Positions 47,715-57,668 of a DNA stretch of 64,000 nucleotides are shown here, piece after piece (position 1 is the stretch's first letter; each line of letters begins with the position of its first letter). The position numbers and the translations under genes are program-made. The DNA is from Candidatus Multivoradales bacterium (lineage in GTDB: Bacteria; Acidobacteriota; Thermoanaerobaculia; Multivoradales; JAHEKO01), in NCBI GenBank assembly GCA_965223155.1, contig CBDCVR010000013.1:288001-352000 (forward strand), in the 5' to 3' direction. Under the pieces are notes generated by a model. That model was not told the DNA's origin. It was given only the letters and a program-made list of their open reading frames with translations, and made no database searches.

Positions 47715-49490
47715 TCAGCCTCCGGGGCTTGGGTCCGGCAGGGCTCGCACCGTATCCGGGATCAGGGGCTTCAGGCATTCTAGAACCTCGTCGGCGGTGG
47801 CGGCGTCCAGCAGATCGTCCCGAGCGGCTTCGAGGCGGTGGATCTCGCCGGCGCGAATCGCGCTCTTGACGTCCGGGATGGCGCACGGATTGAGCGACAG
47901 CCTGCGGATACCGAGTCCGGCCAGCAGCAACGCCGCCCGGGGTTCCGAAGCCATCTCGCCACAGACCGAGACGTCGATGCCGGCCCGCTCCCCTGCCTCG
48001 ACGACGAATCGTACCATGCGCAAGATCGCCGGATGGAGGGGCTGGTAGAGGTACGAGACGTCTTCATTATTGCGATCGACCGCCATCGAATACTGGATCA
48101 GATCGTTGGTTCCGATGGCGAAGAACGACACTTCGCGGGCCAATTCCGGAGCCAGCCAGACCGCGACCGGGACTTCGATCATGACGCCCAGCTCGAAGTC
48201 GAGGGAGTGTTCGATGCCCTGGCGCTTCAGAGCGGCGGCCTCCTCGGCGATCATCGCTCGGAAGGCCCGGATCTCGTCAACCGTGGCCACCAGCGGCACC
48301 ATGACCCGCAGCGGTCCCCGCGACGCCGCCCGCAAGAGCGCGCGCGTCTGGACCGCGAAAATGTCGGGCTGAGAGAGCGTCAGCCGGATGCCGCGCATGC
48401 CCAGCACGGGATTTTCCTCGACGCGATGGACAAGCTCCTGAGCCAGTTTGCGGCCGCCCAGGTCGAACGTCCGCACCGTGACCGGCCGCGGTGCCATTGC
48501 CGTCAGCATGCGCTCGTAAAGCTCGACGTGCTCGTCCTCGGACGGGATCTCAGGGCTCTTCTCGATGTACAGGAACTCCGACCGGTAGAGGCCGATGCCC
48601 TCGGCCCCGAACTCTCGAGCCTCGTCGATCTCTTCTGGGAGGTCGATGTTGGCGGCGAGCTGGACCACGACGCCGTCCTCGGACTCGGCTCGCAGCGATC
48701 GGGACTCGACGGCCTTGGCCCGGCGTGCCCGCCGACGGGTCTCGCCGGCTCGGTAGGCCTCGCGGGCGGCGCTTCGTGGGTGGAGGACGACCTGGCCCGT
48801 GTCGCCGTCCACGATCAGCGGATCGTCGTCGATGACGCGCTCGGTCAGGCCCTTGAGGCCCGCCACCATCGGGATGTGGAGGGAGCGCGCGATGATCGCG
48901 GTATGCGACGTCCGGCTGCCGGTCTCGATGGCAAAGCCGATGACCCGCTCCCGGCCCAACCGCACCGCTTCGGAGGGCGTCAGGTCGTGGGCGACGATCA
49001 CCATCGCCTCCTGGAGCTCCGAGAGATCGTGGTGATCGATGCCGGCGAGCGCCCGCTGTAGGTACCGGGTCACGTCCCAGACGTCCTCGCTACGCTCGCG
49101 CAGGTGAGCCACGTCCAGCGCGCGAAACTGCTCGGCGATCTCGTTGGCGGTCTCATGAACCGCCCACTCGGCATTGACCTGCTCGGAGCGGATCCGGCTC
49201 GCGATGCGGCCGGTGAAGGCGTCGTCGGCGAGCAACAGGGCGTGCGCGTCGAAGATCGCGGCCATCTCGCTTCCGGCCTCGGCTTCGGCCTTGCGGCGAG
49301 TCTTTGCGAGGTCGGACTGGGCCTTGGCCACGGCCTCGCCGAAGCGAGCGAGCTCGGCCTCGAGCTTGCCGGGCGAGAGCGGCAGCCGGAAGACCTCGAT
49401 CTGGTGGGGAGCGATGCACACGGCACGTCCCATTGCGGCTCCGGGCGCCGCGGCCAGGCCTTGAACGATCTCCTCCTGGGCCCGCGCCAC
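47715..49490 (-). CDS. ptsI: PTS enzyme I
   Basis: SHTAIIARS, GLYRSEF, IGTNDLIQY, CGEMA. Confidence 0.95.
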   Translation of the reverse strand: MARAQEEIVQGLAAAPGAAMGRAVCIAPHQIEVFRLPLSPGKLEAELARFGEAVAKAQSDLAKTRRKAEAEAGSEMAAIFDAHALLLADDAFTGRIASRIRSEQVNAEWAVHETANEIAEQFRALDVAHLRERSEDVWDVTRYLQRALAGIDHHDLSELQEAMVIVAHDLTPSEAVRLGRERVIGFAIETGSRTSHTAIIARSLHIPMVAGLKGLTERVIDDDPLIVDGDTGQVVLHPRSAAREAYRAGETRRRARRAKAVESRSLRAESEDGVVVQLAANIDLPEEIDEAREFGAEGIGLYRSEFLYIEKSPEIPSEDEHVELYERMLTAMAPRPVTVRTFDLGGRKLAQELVHRVEENPVLGMRGIRLTLSQPDIFAVQTRALLRAASRGPLRVMVPLVATVDEIRAFRAMIAEEAAALKRQGIEHSLDFELGVMIEVPVAVWLAPELAREVSFFAIGTNDLIQYSMAVDRNNEDVSYLYQPLHPAILRMVRFVVEAGERAGIDVSVCGEMASEPRAALLLAGLGIRRLSLNPCAIPDVKSAIRAGEIHRLEAARDDLLDAATADEVLECLKPLIPDTVRALPDPSPGG

Positions 49491-49492
49491 GC

Positions 49493-49762
49493 TCAGGCTC
49501 CTTCTCCGAAGCGGCCGTCGATGAGGGTCGCGATGGCGGCCATCGCTTCCCCCTCGTCGCGGCCATCGCAGCGCACCGTGACCGAGCTACCCTGGGCTGC
49601 CGCCAAGAGCAAGACGCCCAGAATGCTCTTGGCATCGACCTCTTGTCCGTCCTTGGCGAGGGTGATGTGGGCGTCGAAGCGGCCGGTGGTATGGACGAGT
49701 TTGGCGGCCGCGCGAGCGTGAAGACCCAGCTCGTTGACGATCTCGAGGGTGCGTTCGATCAC
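49493..49762 (-). CDS. ptsH: HPr phosphocarrier
   Basis: GLHARAAA, DAKSILG. Confidence 0.95.
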   Translation of the reverse strand: MIERTLEIVNELGLHARAAAKLVHTTGRFDAHITLAKDGQEVDAKSILGVLLLAAAQGSSVTVRCDGRDEGEAMAAIATLIDGRFGEGA

Positions 49763-50205
49763 GGCCGCCCCGGCTCCGCGGGGTCTGTCTTGCCGGCTCT
49801 ACCGCCACTGCCGGTTTCGACGCCCGGGGCGCGACACACACTGGCCCGTCCCTTGGATTCGAGCCAGGAGGCCAGCTCGTCGACCGACTTGTCGTCACAG
49901 CCTGGGCAACAGAGGCGCACCGCCATCGGCACATTGACTCCGGCCAGAACCGCGACTTTGCCTGGCGCCACGAATTCGCTGGCGACGTTAAAGGGCGTGC
50001 CGCCCGGGACGTCGGTCAGGATCAGAAGGCCCTCGTCGGCGTAACGCTCGACCAGTCCGGCGAGGGTCTGCCGGATTGCGGAACGAGTCGCTTCCCAATC
50101 CAGCTCCACGACTTCGAGAGGCTCGCCGTGGCCGGTGATGCGGGCGGCGGCCGCGGCCAGGGCCCGGCCGAAGCCGCCCTGGGCCAGAACCACGGTATGG
50201 ATCAC
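49759..50205 (-). CDS. PTS mannose/fructose-type IIA-like protein
   Basis: LTDVPGGTPFN, GVNVPM; the usual N-terminal (T/S)HG reads AQG here. Confidence 0.8.
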   Translation of the reverse strand: MIHTVVLAQGGFGRALAAAAARITGHGEPLEVVELDWEATRSAIRQTLAGLVERYADEGLLILTDVPGGTPFNVASEFVAPGKVAVLAGVNVPMAVRLCCPGCDDKSVDELASWLESKGRASVCRAPGVETGSGGRAGKTDPAEPGRP

Positions 50206-51080
50206 GACCGGGCTTCCCGGCCCTCGCGACGGGCGATGTCGCGGTGATTGAGTTGCACCGGCCAGTTCGCGGCGCGCAGGCGCGAAGCGAGCCATTCTGC
50301 CGTGGCCACCGAGCGATGACGGCCGCCCGTGCAGCCAACGGCTAGGGTCAGATAGCTTCGGTTCTCGCGGCGGTACTTGGGCAGTACCCAGGCCACGAAG
50401 TCGTCCATCCGCCGGCAGAGCTCGCCGAACTCGTCCTCGGCCTCCAAGAAGTCGCGCACCGGGGCGTCGGCTCCGGTCAGCTCCCGCAGGCCGTCTACGA
50501 AGTGCGGATTGGGCAGGAAGCGGACGTCGAAGAGGAGATCGGTTCCCTTGGGGATCCCGAACTTGAAGCCGAAGCTCACGACCGAAACCGTCAAGCGGCC
50601 GCGGCCGTCGGGTCCGACCGCGGCGTACTCGCGCAAGACGTGCTGGCGCAGGTCGTGGACCGACCACTCGCCGGTGTCGATGACGAGATCGGCCCGCGCC
50701 CGCAGCGGAGCGAGGAGCTCGCGCTCTTCCCGGATGCCGTCGATGACCATCCGATCGAGGGCCAGAGGATGAGGGCGGCGGGTCTCCGAGAAACGCCGCA
50801 CCAGGACGTCGTCCGACGCCTCGAAGAAGATCAGGACGGCGGAGTCGATTTGGTCCAGGACGGCCGGAAAGTCGTCCAGAAAACCCGGCGAGCGGACGTC
50901 AGCCACGATCGCAATGCGGTGCCGCTCGGGAGCCAGCTCGGCGCGCTTCTCCACCAGCTGCTCGACCAGCGCCGGCGGCAGGTTGTCGACGCAGTAGTAG
51001 CCAGCGTCTTCGAAACACTTAGCGGCCGTGCTTTTGCCCGAGCCCGAGAGGCCGGTAATCAGAACGATCCGGTCGCTCAT
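50202..51080 (-). CDS. rapZ: RNase adapter RapZ
   Basis: GLSGSGKS, TRRPHPL, DVRFLPNP, GCTGGRHRSV. Confidence 0.95.
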   Translation of the reverse strand: MSDRIVLITGLSGSGKSTAAKCFEDAGYYCVDNLPPALVEQLVEKRAELAPERHRIAIVADVRSPGFLDDFPAVLDQIDSAVLIFFEASDDVLVRRFSETRRPHPLALDRMVIDGIREERELLAPLRARADLVIDTGEWSVHDLRQHVLREYAAVGPDGRGRLTVSVVSFGFKFGIPKGTDLLFDVRFLPNPHFVDGLRELTGADAPVRDFLEAEDEFGELCRRMDDFVAWVLPKYRRENRSYLTLAVGCTGGRHRSVATAEWLASRLRAANWPVQLNHRDIARREGREARS

Positions 51081-51087
51081 CCCGTCC

Positions 51088-52098
51088 TCAACTTTCGGGT
51101 TTCTCGGCGCTGGAGCTTGCCGCGGGCTCGGCCGACCGCTCGCTGCCACGCGAATCGCGCCCACCGGTCATGGCCTCCTCGAGCCGTCGGGCGAACTCCT
51201 GAGCGGAGTTGTGACCCTGTAACTTAAGAACATGATTGCGAGCGGCAACCTCGACCAGGATCGACAAGTTCCTCCCCAGAGCTACGGGCATCTTGATGTA
51301 CGGCACCGGTGTCTCCAGGATGTGGTGCACGGACTCGTCCAGGCCCAGCCGGTCATAGGCCCGGGTCTCGTCCCAGGACTCGAGCTCGATCACCAGGTCG
51401 ATCGACTTGCGCTCGCGCACCGCCGCGAGACCGAAGAGATCCTGTACGTTGACGATGCCCAGCCCGCGCAGCTCCATGTGATGATGCAGCGGCCCCTCGG
51501 ACGAGCCCAAGAGCTCGCCCCGCGGGTAGCGCTTGACCGTGACGCGGTCGTCGGCGACCAGGGAGTGCCCTCGAGTGATGAGGTCGAGGGCGCATTCGCT
51601 CTTGCCTACCCCGCTCTCGCCGATCAAGAGCACGCCCAACCCGTAGACGTCCAGGAGCACGCCGTGGACGAAGGTCGAGGGCACCAGGTGTTCTTCCAGG
51701 AAGTTGCTGACGCTCTTGATGACGGTCGAGGACAAGGCCGTAGATGACATCACAGCCCGGCGATGCTCGCGGCAGGCCTCGATGAGGCCCGGAACCGGCT
51801 CGAGGCCCTTGGTGATGATGAAGACCGGCACTTCCAGTCCAGCGATCGAGTCCAGGCGCTCGGCGCGGGTTTCGGCATCAAGAGTCTCCAGGAACCTGAT
51901 CTCGCTCTCGCCGACGATCTGAACCCGGCCGGGTTTGATGTAGCGATAGAAACCGGCGAAGGCGAGGCCGGGCTTCTGCACCCGGGGATTCAGGATACGA
52001 GCGTCCAGCACGTCCTCGCCGCAGACGACGGAGAACTCGAGGCGAGCCAGATCGCTGCCGAGCAGCTCGCGAACCAAGACGTGGGAGTTTCCCGCCAT
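51088..52098 (-). CDS. hprK: HPr kinase/phosphorylase
   Basis: GESGVGKSE, LVADD, ELRGLGI. Confidence 0.95.
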   Translation of the reverse strand: MAGNSHVLVRELLGSDLARLEFSVVCGEDVLDARILNPRVQKPGLAFAGFYRYIKPGRVQIVGESEIRFLETLDAETRAERLDSIAGLEVPVFIITKGLEPVPGLIEACREHRRAVMSSTALSSTVIKSVSNFLEEHLVPSTFVHGVLLDVYGLGVLLIGESGVGKSECALDLITRGHSLVADDRVTVKRYPRGELLGSSEGPLHHHMELRGLGIVNVQDLFGLAAVRERKSIDLVIELESWDETRAYDRLGLDESVHHILETPVPYIKMPVALGRNLSILVEVAARNHVLKLQGHNSAQEFARRLEEAMTGGRDSRGSERSAEPAASSSAEKPES

Positions 52099-52133
52099 GG
52101 CGGTATTCTCTCAGAGGCGGCGGGCCGCGGCGC

Positions 52134-52583
52134 TCAGGAATCGCCCAGGCGCGCGAAGATGGCCTCGACCGAAGTCTCTTCCAACAGAGCCTCGACGTGG
52201 CCGTCGTCCTGAACCCAGCGCGAGATCGCCGCCAACGACTGTAGATGAGCGGCGGGCTTCTTCTCGGGCGCGAGCACCAGGAAAACCAGCCGGACGGCCT
52301 CGCCGTCGGCGGCGTCGAAATCGACTCCGGTACGGTGAAGGCCGACGCAGAGAATCACCTCGTCGAGCTCGCGCAGCCGGCAGTGCGGGACCGCGACTGC
52401 TTTGCCGATGCCGGTCGTGCCGAGTTCCTCGCGCTCGCGTAGCTTGGCGCACAGAAGCTCGGTCTTGGTGGCGAGTCCGGCTTCGGCGACGCGCGCAGCC
52501 AGGGCTTGAAGCAGCGAGTCGCGATCGGTCCCCGGGAGGTCCGGGAAAATCAGCTCCTGCCGGGTCAGAGATTGGAGAGTCAT
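52134..52583 (-). CDS. ptsN: PTS IIA nitrogen-regulatory protein
   Basis: REELGTTGIGKAVAVPH; rpoN operon context. Confidence 0.9.
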   Translation of the reverse strand: MTLQSLTRQELIFPDLPGTDRDSLLQALAARVAEAGLATKTELLCAKLREREELGTTGIGKAVAVPHCRLRELDEVILCVGLHRTGVDFDAADGEAVRLVFLVLAPEKKPAAHLQSLAAISRWVQDDGHVEALLEETSVEAIFARLGDS

Positions 52584-52614
52584 CGCTGGAGACGGGTCCG
52601 GGAGGCGCCGCGCG

Positions 52615-53172
52615 CTACCCTTCGGGCGCGATCAATCCGTAGTTCTGATCGTGCCGCTTGTAGAGCACGTGGACGCGGTCGGACTCGGCGTCGCGATAGA
52701 CGACGAAGTCGTTCCGCGAGTCTCGCAGGGCCAGGGACGCTTCTTCGAGGCTCATCGGCTTGATCGGAAACTCGGCTGACTTGATGACGCGGGGCTGGCC
52801 GTCGCCGGCGAGAGACTCCGCGGCGAGAACATCCACGGGCCAGGCGCTTTCGGTCAGGCGGGCCTTGGCCTTGCCGCCGCGCCGCTTCTTGCCCTTGGCC
52901 TTCTCGCGCGAACGCCGGGCCTGCTTTTCAACCTTGTCCACGGCCTGACGGATCGCCTCCTTCAGGTCGCCAGTCTCCTCTTTGGCGTGGAGCGATCCGA
53001 AGCGGTGGCTCGCATGCACCTCGGCGGTCTTGCGATGCTCCTCGTCTTCGAGAGTGAGGCGGATCTCGATCGGCTCCTCCAGAAACCGGGCCACCTTGCC
53101 GAGGCGGCGCTCGGCGTAGGCGCGGAGCTTGTCTTCCAGGTCGAAATGACGGGCGGCGAATTCGACGTTCAT
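52615..53172 (-). CDS. hpf: Long ribosome hibernation promoting factor
   Basis: RaiA domain plus KPMSLEEA...VLYKR..YGLI. Confidence 0.9.
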   Translation of the reverse strand: MNVEFAARHFDLEDKLRAYAERRLGKVARFLEEPIEIRLTLEDEEHRKTAEVHASHRFGSLHAKEETGDLKEAIRQAVDKVEKQARRSREKAKGKKRRGGKAKARLTESAWPVDVLAAESLAGDGQPRVIKSAEFPIKPMSLEEASLALRDSRNDFVVYRDAESDRVHVLYKRHDQNYGLIAPEG

Positions 53173-53221
53173 CAGACTTTGGGTCTCCCGAGTAGGTTGG
53201 TGAATTGGGGTCCGCCTCCGG

Positions 53222-54670
53222 TCAGAAGATCTTCTTTCGCTGGGTCGAGGACGGGATCATCAACTCGTCCCGATACTTTGCAACCGTTCGACGGGCGATA
53301 TTGATTCCCTCGCGCTTCAAGATTCGAGTCAGCTCACTGTCGGACAGCGGGCGCTCCGTGTCTTCGTTCTCAATCAGGCGCTGGATCTTGCGCTTGACGG
53401 TGAGCGACGAGATGTCGGCGCCGTACTCGCTCTCGATTCCCGAGTGGAAGAAGAACTTCATCGGGAAGACGCCGCGAGGGGTGTGGATATACTTGTTGGA
53501 AACGACGCGGCTGACCGTGGACTCGTGCATGCCGATGTCGTCGGCCACGTCACGCAGCACCATCGGGCGCAGCCGCTCGATGCCGTGGTCTAGAAAGGCC
53601 CGTTGCTGCTTGACGATCGACTCCGCCACCTTGTAGATGGTGCGCTGTCGCTGGTCCAAGCTCTTGATCAGCCAGAGCGCCGAGCGCAGCTTCTCCTTGA
53701 GGAAATTCTTGGCATCGACCTGCGACTTGTCGGCCTGAAACGAGCGAAGCATGCGCCGGTAGGCGTGGCTCACGCGTAAACGCGGCAAGCCGTCGTCGTT
53801 GAGCTGGATGACGTACTTGCCGGAGACCTTGAGGACGTAGACGTCCGGCTCGACGTAGTCGGCGCGCTCTACGCTGAAGGCCCGGCCGGGCCGGGTGTCC
53901 AGGGTCTTGACCTGATCGACCACCGGCCTCAGCTCTTCGAGCTCGATCTCGAGCGCCTTGGCGATGGCCGGGAACTGCCGCTTCAGGAACAGGTCCCAGT
54001 GGTGCTCGACGACGACCCGCACCAGGGATTCTTCGGGCTCGCCGGTGTGGTCGAGCTGGGCCAGGAGGCACTCGCGGAGTGTCGACCAGGCGACACCCGG
54101 CGGATCCAGCCCGCGCACCAGCTCCAAGGCCTCGGCCACCTCCTCGGGGGAGTAGGGCTCCACCCCGATCAGGCCGTCGCCCATCTCGCGAATCTCCTCG
54201 GGCGTCGCCACCAGGAAGCCATCCGGACTCAGGTTGCCAACGATCAGCTCGGCGATCTCTCGAGCTCGGGGCGCGAGCTCCAGCATGTGGAGCTGCCAGA
54301 GCAAGTGGTCGTAGAGATCCGGCTCGTTGCGAAGGGTGTTCTCGAGGGGCGGGGCCTCCCGGACCTCGGGCCGGCTGTCCGACGGCAGCCCCGGCCCAGC
54401 GTCGAGGTACTCGCTGAAGTAGGCCTCGATATCGATGTCGTCGAGCGGATCGGACTCTTCTTCGGCTTCTTGGTCCTCCTCGCCTTCCTCGGCCGTGGGA
54501 CCTTCCTCGAACTCGCCTTCTTCCAGAACCGGATTCTCCACCAGCTCTTGGGTGATGGTGTTCTGGAGCTCCAGCCGCGTCATTTGCAGCAGCTTGATCG
54601 CCTGCTGCAGCGACGGCGTCATGACCAGCTTCTGCGCTAGTCGGAGCTGAAGCTTTTGTTCTAAGGCCAT
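53222..54670 (-). CDS. rpoN: RNA polymerase sigma-54
   Basis: LQQAIKLLQ, HESTVSR, ARRTVAKYR. Confidence 0.97.
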   Translation of the reverse strand: MALEQKLQLRLAQKLVMTPSLQQAIKLLQMTRLELQNTITQELVENPVLEEGEFEEGPTAEEGEEDQEAEEESDPLDDIDIEAYFSEYLDAGPGLPSDSRPEVREAPPLENTLRNEPDLYDHLLWQLHMLELAPRAREIAELIVGNLSPDGFLVATPEEIREMGDGLIGVEPYSPEEVAEALELVRGLDPPGVAWSTLRECLLAQLDHTGEPEESLVRVVVEHHWDLFLKRQFPAIAKALEIELEELRPVVDQVKTLDTRPGRAFSVERADYVEPDVYVLKVSGKYVIQLNDDGLPRLRVSHAYRRMLRSFQADKSQVDAKNFLKEKLRSALWLIKSLDQRQRTIYKVAESIVKQQRAFLDHGIERLRPMVLRDVADDIGMHESTVSRVVSNKYIHTPRGVFPMKFFFHSGIESEYGADISSLTVKRKIQRLIENEDTERPLSDSELTRILKREGINIARRTVAKYRDELMIPSSTQRKKIF

Positions 54671-54709
54671 GGTTCTAGAGGCGTTGTTCGTGAGGCATGG
54701 CGCATCGAG

Positions 54710-55510
54710 CTAGAGGACGAAATCTTCCCCGAGGTAGATCTTGCGGACTTCGGGATCCTGGGACAGCGTGGAGGGATCGCCGGAGCGGAGGATCTCACCG
54801 TTGTTGATGATATAGGCGCGGTCGGTGATCTTCAAAGTATCGCGCACGTTGTGGTCGGTGATGAGGACTCCGATTCCCATGTCGCGCAGATGCCGCACGA
54901 TGTTCTGGATGTCGCGCACCGCGATCGGGTCGATGCCGGCGAAGGGCTCGTCGAGCAGGATGAAGGACGGATCGATTACCAGCGCGCGGGCGATCTCCAC
55001 CCGCCGCCGCTCGCCGCCCGACAGGGCGTAGGCCGGACTACGCCGGACCTTCGCGAGGCCGAACTGATCGATGAGCTGTTCCAGCCGGCCGTGCCGCTCG
55101 GTCTGCGACAGATCGGGGATGGTCTCGAAAATCGAGCGCAGGTTGTCCTCGACCGACATCTTCTTGAAAACCGAAGGCTCCTGCGGCAGGTAACTGATGC
55201 CCTTGCGGGCGCGCAGGTACATGGGCACGGCGGTGATGTCCTCGCCCCCCAGAAAGACCCGCCCCGCATCGGGTCGAGTCACGCCCACCACCATGTAGAA
55301 GACTGTAGTTTTGCCAGCGCCGTTGGGACCCAAGAGCCCGACGATGTCGCCGGCGGCGACGTCGATCGAGACGTTCTGGACGACCGCGCGACCGCTGTAG
55401 ACCTTGCGCAGGTTGCGAGCTCCAAGGGTGGTTCGCCCGTCCTGGGTCTGAGGCGGCGACAGACTGTCCTCGTCGAGCGGCATGGCGGGTGTGAGGTCCC
55501 TATCGCTCAC
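54710..55510 (-). CDS. lptB: LPS export ABC ATPase LptB
   Basis: [25 protein letters not shown]; start uncertain. Confidence 0.95.
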   Translation of the reverse strand: MSDRDLTPAMPLDEDSLSPPQTQDGRTTLGARNLRKVYSGRAVVQNVSIDVAAGDIVGLLGPNGAGKTTVFYMVVGVTRPDAGRVFLGGEDITAVPMYLRARKGISYLPQEPSVFKKMSVEDNLRSIFETIPDLSQTERHGRLEQLIDQFGLAKVRRSPAYALSGGERRRVEIARALVIDPSFILLDEPFAGIDPIAVRDIQNIVRHLRDMGIGVLITDHNVRDTLKITDRAYIINNGEILRSGDPSTLSQDPEVRKIYLGEDFVL

Positions 55511-57659
55511 GGGTGCCCTCTTCTTCTTGGCTGGATTCGTCGCCGCCGGCCGACTCTGGGCCAACTCCGGATTCGGCCTCGGTGCTGGTGGCGGATTCGG
55601 TCTCGAGGCCCGCGCTGCCCGCGCTCTGGAGCTCGGCTTCGGCGCGTTCGAGGTCGTACACCACGGTCTGGCCGCGCACCACCATGCCGTTGGGCCGCTC
55701 CAGGGTGACCGGCGACCCCGTCACCGTGACGCTCGAGTCTTCGGGCCGGTAGACGGCTTCGCGGCCGCGTACCTTGTGCCCACCCTGGGGGTCGTCGATG
55801 AGTACGTTGGTGCGGCACACCAAGCGATCCAGGTCGGAGTCCTCGCCCAGGAAGACTTCGAGGTCGGAGCATTCCATGAGTCGTCCCGCCTGGCGCATCT
55901 TCGGAGAGTCAGTGTAGTGCACCCTCCCCTGCCGCCGTTGGTACCGAAACTCGCCGGCGGTGACCTCGACCGGAGCGTCGGAGGCGAAGAGGCCTTCTCC
56001 GCTCTGGACTTCTCCTCCGGCCTCCCCTTCGACCGCTTCGGGTGCCGCTGCTGCCACGCCGTTGTCCTCCGGAGCGCCCGCTGCGGCGCCCGCATCCGGC
56101 TCACGAACCAGCACGGTCTTGATCTTGCCGATCCCCGTGAGATCACCGCCCGCCTCCCCCACCAGGCGATTGGCGGTCAGAAAGCTCTCGCCTTGCCAGG
56201 CGCGGACGGCGCCCACGAAGGTGAACTCGCCGTCGGCCCGGCTCCAGGTGGCGTCTTCCGAGGTCAGCTCCACCGGCCGGCGGCGGGACTCGGTTCCGGT
56301 CGATACCAGGGCGACGTCGCCGCCCGGTGGAAATACCGCGCGGATGCCGCCGGAGGCTTCCAGGTCGCCGCTCCGGGCGGCGTACTCGATCGACGGCGCC
56401 GCGAGCTCGCCCTGGGCCGTGTAGACCGATGCCGGCTTGCCCCGGACGGTCACCCGCGAGGAGCTGCCGCCCGTAGCTTCCAGGACATCGCCCGAGGCTT
56501 GCCAGCCGGGCCGGTGGAGATCCACCCGGCCTTCCAGCTCGAGCCGATCGAGGTCTCCCTGCCGGTCGAAGGTGAGGACCGCGTCGGCGCCACAGGTTCG
56601 GCTCAGCTCCACGCCCGGTTGAAAGCTCAGGAACTCGGTCACCGTCACCGGCCGAGCCGTGTTGGCGCGGTGCAGCACGCCGTTCCGAAACCGGGCCACG
56701 ATCCGAGGGGTCACGACCCGTCGCACCCAGCCGGTGTCGTCTTCTTGGTCCAGGCGGGCCAGGCCGCCGGCCGGTGCCTGGATCTCGACCAGCCGGGGCT
56801 CCTCGCCGGCGTCGTCATAGCGTAGCGAGACCTCGGCGCCCAAAAAGCCGATGCGCTGGGTGAAGCCGCGCTCGTCGTCGCGGACCACGAGCCCCTGGAC
56901 GTCCCAGCGCGCGCGCACGAAGGCGGGCTTCGAGCCATCTGCGGACAGGGTCACGGCCAGGCGGCGGCAGGCCATGCGGTCCCGGTCTCGGGCCAGGGTG
57001 ACGCCGCCTTCGGCGTGGATCATTCCGGCCGGCTCGTCGTAGGTAATCCGATCCGCGCGGAGCTCCATCGGTCCGGCGACGCCCTGGAGCTGGACGCGGC
57101 CCGAGAGGACGTAGAGGTCCTTCGTGAGATGGACGTTGAGCTCGCGCGCGCTGCCCGTCAGGCGCCCGTCCACGGCGAGACGTACCGGGCCGCGGCTGGT
57201 GAGAAAACGGCCCTTGCGGGTGAGATCGAAACGCCGGCCGCGGAGCTCGACGCCGTTGGTCCCGGTCAGGACCACGTTGCCCTCCACGACAGCGGTCTTG
57301 GTCTCGGTGCGGTAGGTGCCGCTCTCGGCGGTGAGCTCGTAGACGTCGCCCGAGTCCCGCTCCACCTTGATGCGGATTCCTTCGAGCGTGGCGATGTTCT
57401 GCTTGTCGGTCACCACCCGGTCGGCCGAGATATGAAACAGGCGTTGGTCGCCGTCCGTGACCTCGTAGTCGAAGCCCTTGCCTGAGGTCAGAATGTCGGC
57501 GATGCCGTCGAGCGGCGACTCGGCCGGGGTGTCGAGCGACGAAGGCGTGGCCAGCCGCTTCGAGATGAAGAGGGTTACGACAATGCCCAGAAACAGCGCC
57601 AGGGCCAAGAGTAGCCCGCGCCGGATGAGCTGAATCGGCCGATATCCGGTGCCACCCAC
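55500..57659 (-). CDS. Large LptC/LptA (OstA-repeat) protein
   Basis: N-terminal TM then repeated beta-jellyroll-like segments; directly upstream of lptB. Confidence 0.75.
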   Translation of the reverse strand: MGGTGYRPIQLIRRGLLLALALFLGIVVTLFISKRLATPSSLDTPAESPLDGIADILTSGKGFDYEVTDGDQRLFHISADRVVTDKQNIATLEGIRIKVERDSGDVYELTAESGTYRTETKTAVVEGNVVLTGTNGVELRGRRFDLTRKGRFLTSRGPVRLAVDGRLTGSARELNVHLTKDLYVLSGRVQLQGVAGPMELRADRITYDEPAGMIHAEGGVTLARDRDRMACRRLAVTLSADGSKPAFVRARWDVQGLVVRDDERGFTQRIGFLGAEVSLRYDDAGEEPRLVEIQAPAGGLARLDQEDDTGWVRRVVTPRIVARFRNGVLHRANTARPVTVTEFLSFQPGVELSRTCGADAVLTFDRQGDLDRLELEGRVDLHRPGWQASGDVLEATGGSSSRVTVRGKPASVYTAQGELAAPSIEYAARSGDLEASGGIRAVFPPGGDVALVSTGTESRRRPVELTSEDATWSRADGEFTFVGAVRAWQGESFLTANRLVGEAGGDLTGIGKIKTVLVREPDAGAAAGAPEDNGVAAAAPEAVEGEAGGEVQSGEGLFASDAPVEVTAGEFRYQRRQGRVHYTDSPKMRQAGRLMECSDLEVFLGEDSDLDRLVCRTNVLIDDPQGGHKVRGREAVYRPEDSSVTVTGSPVTLERPNGMVVRGQTVVYDLERAEAELQSAGSAGLETESATSTEAESGVGPESAGGDESSQEEEGTRER

Positions 57660-57668
57660 CGATGCATT

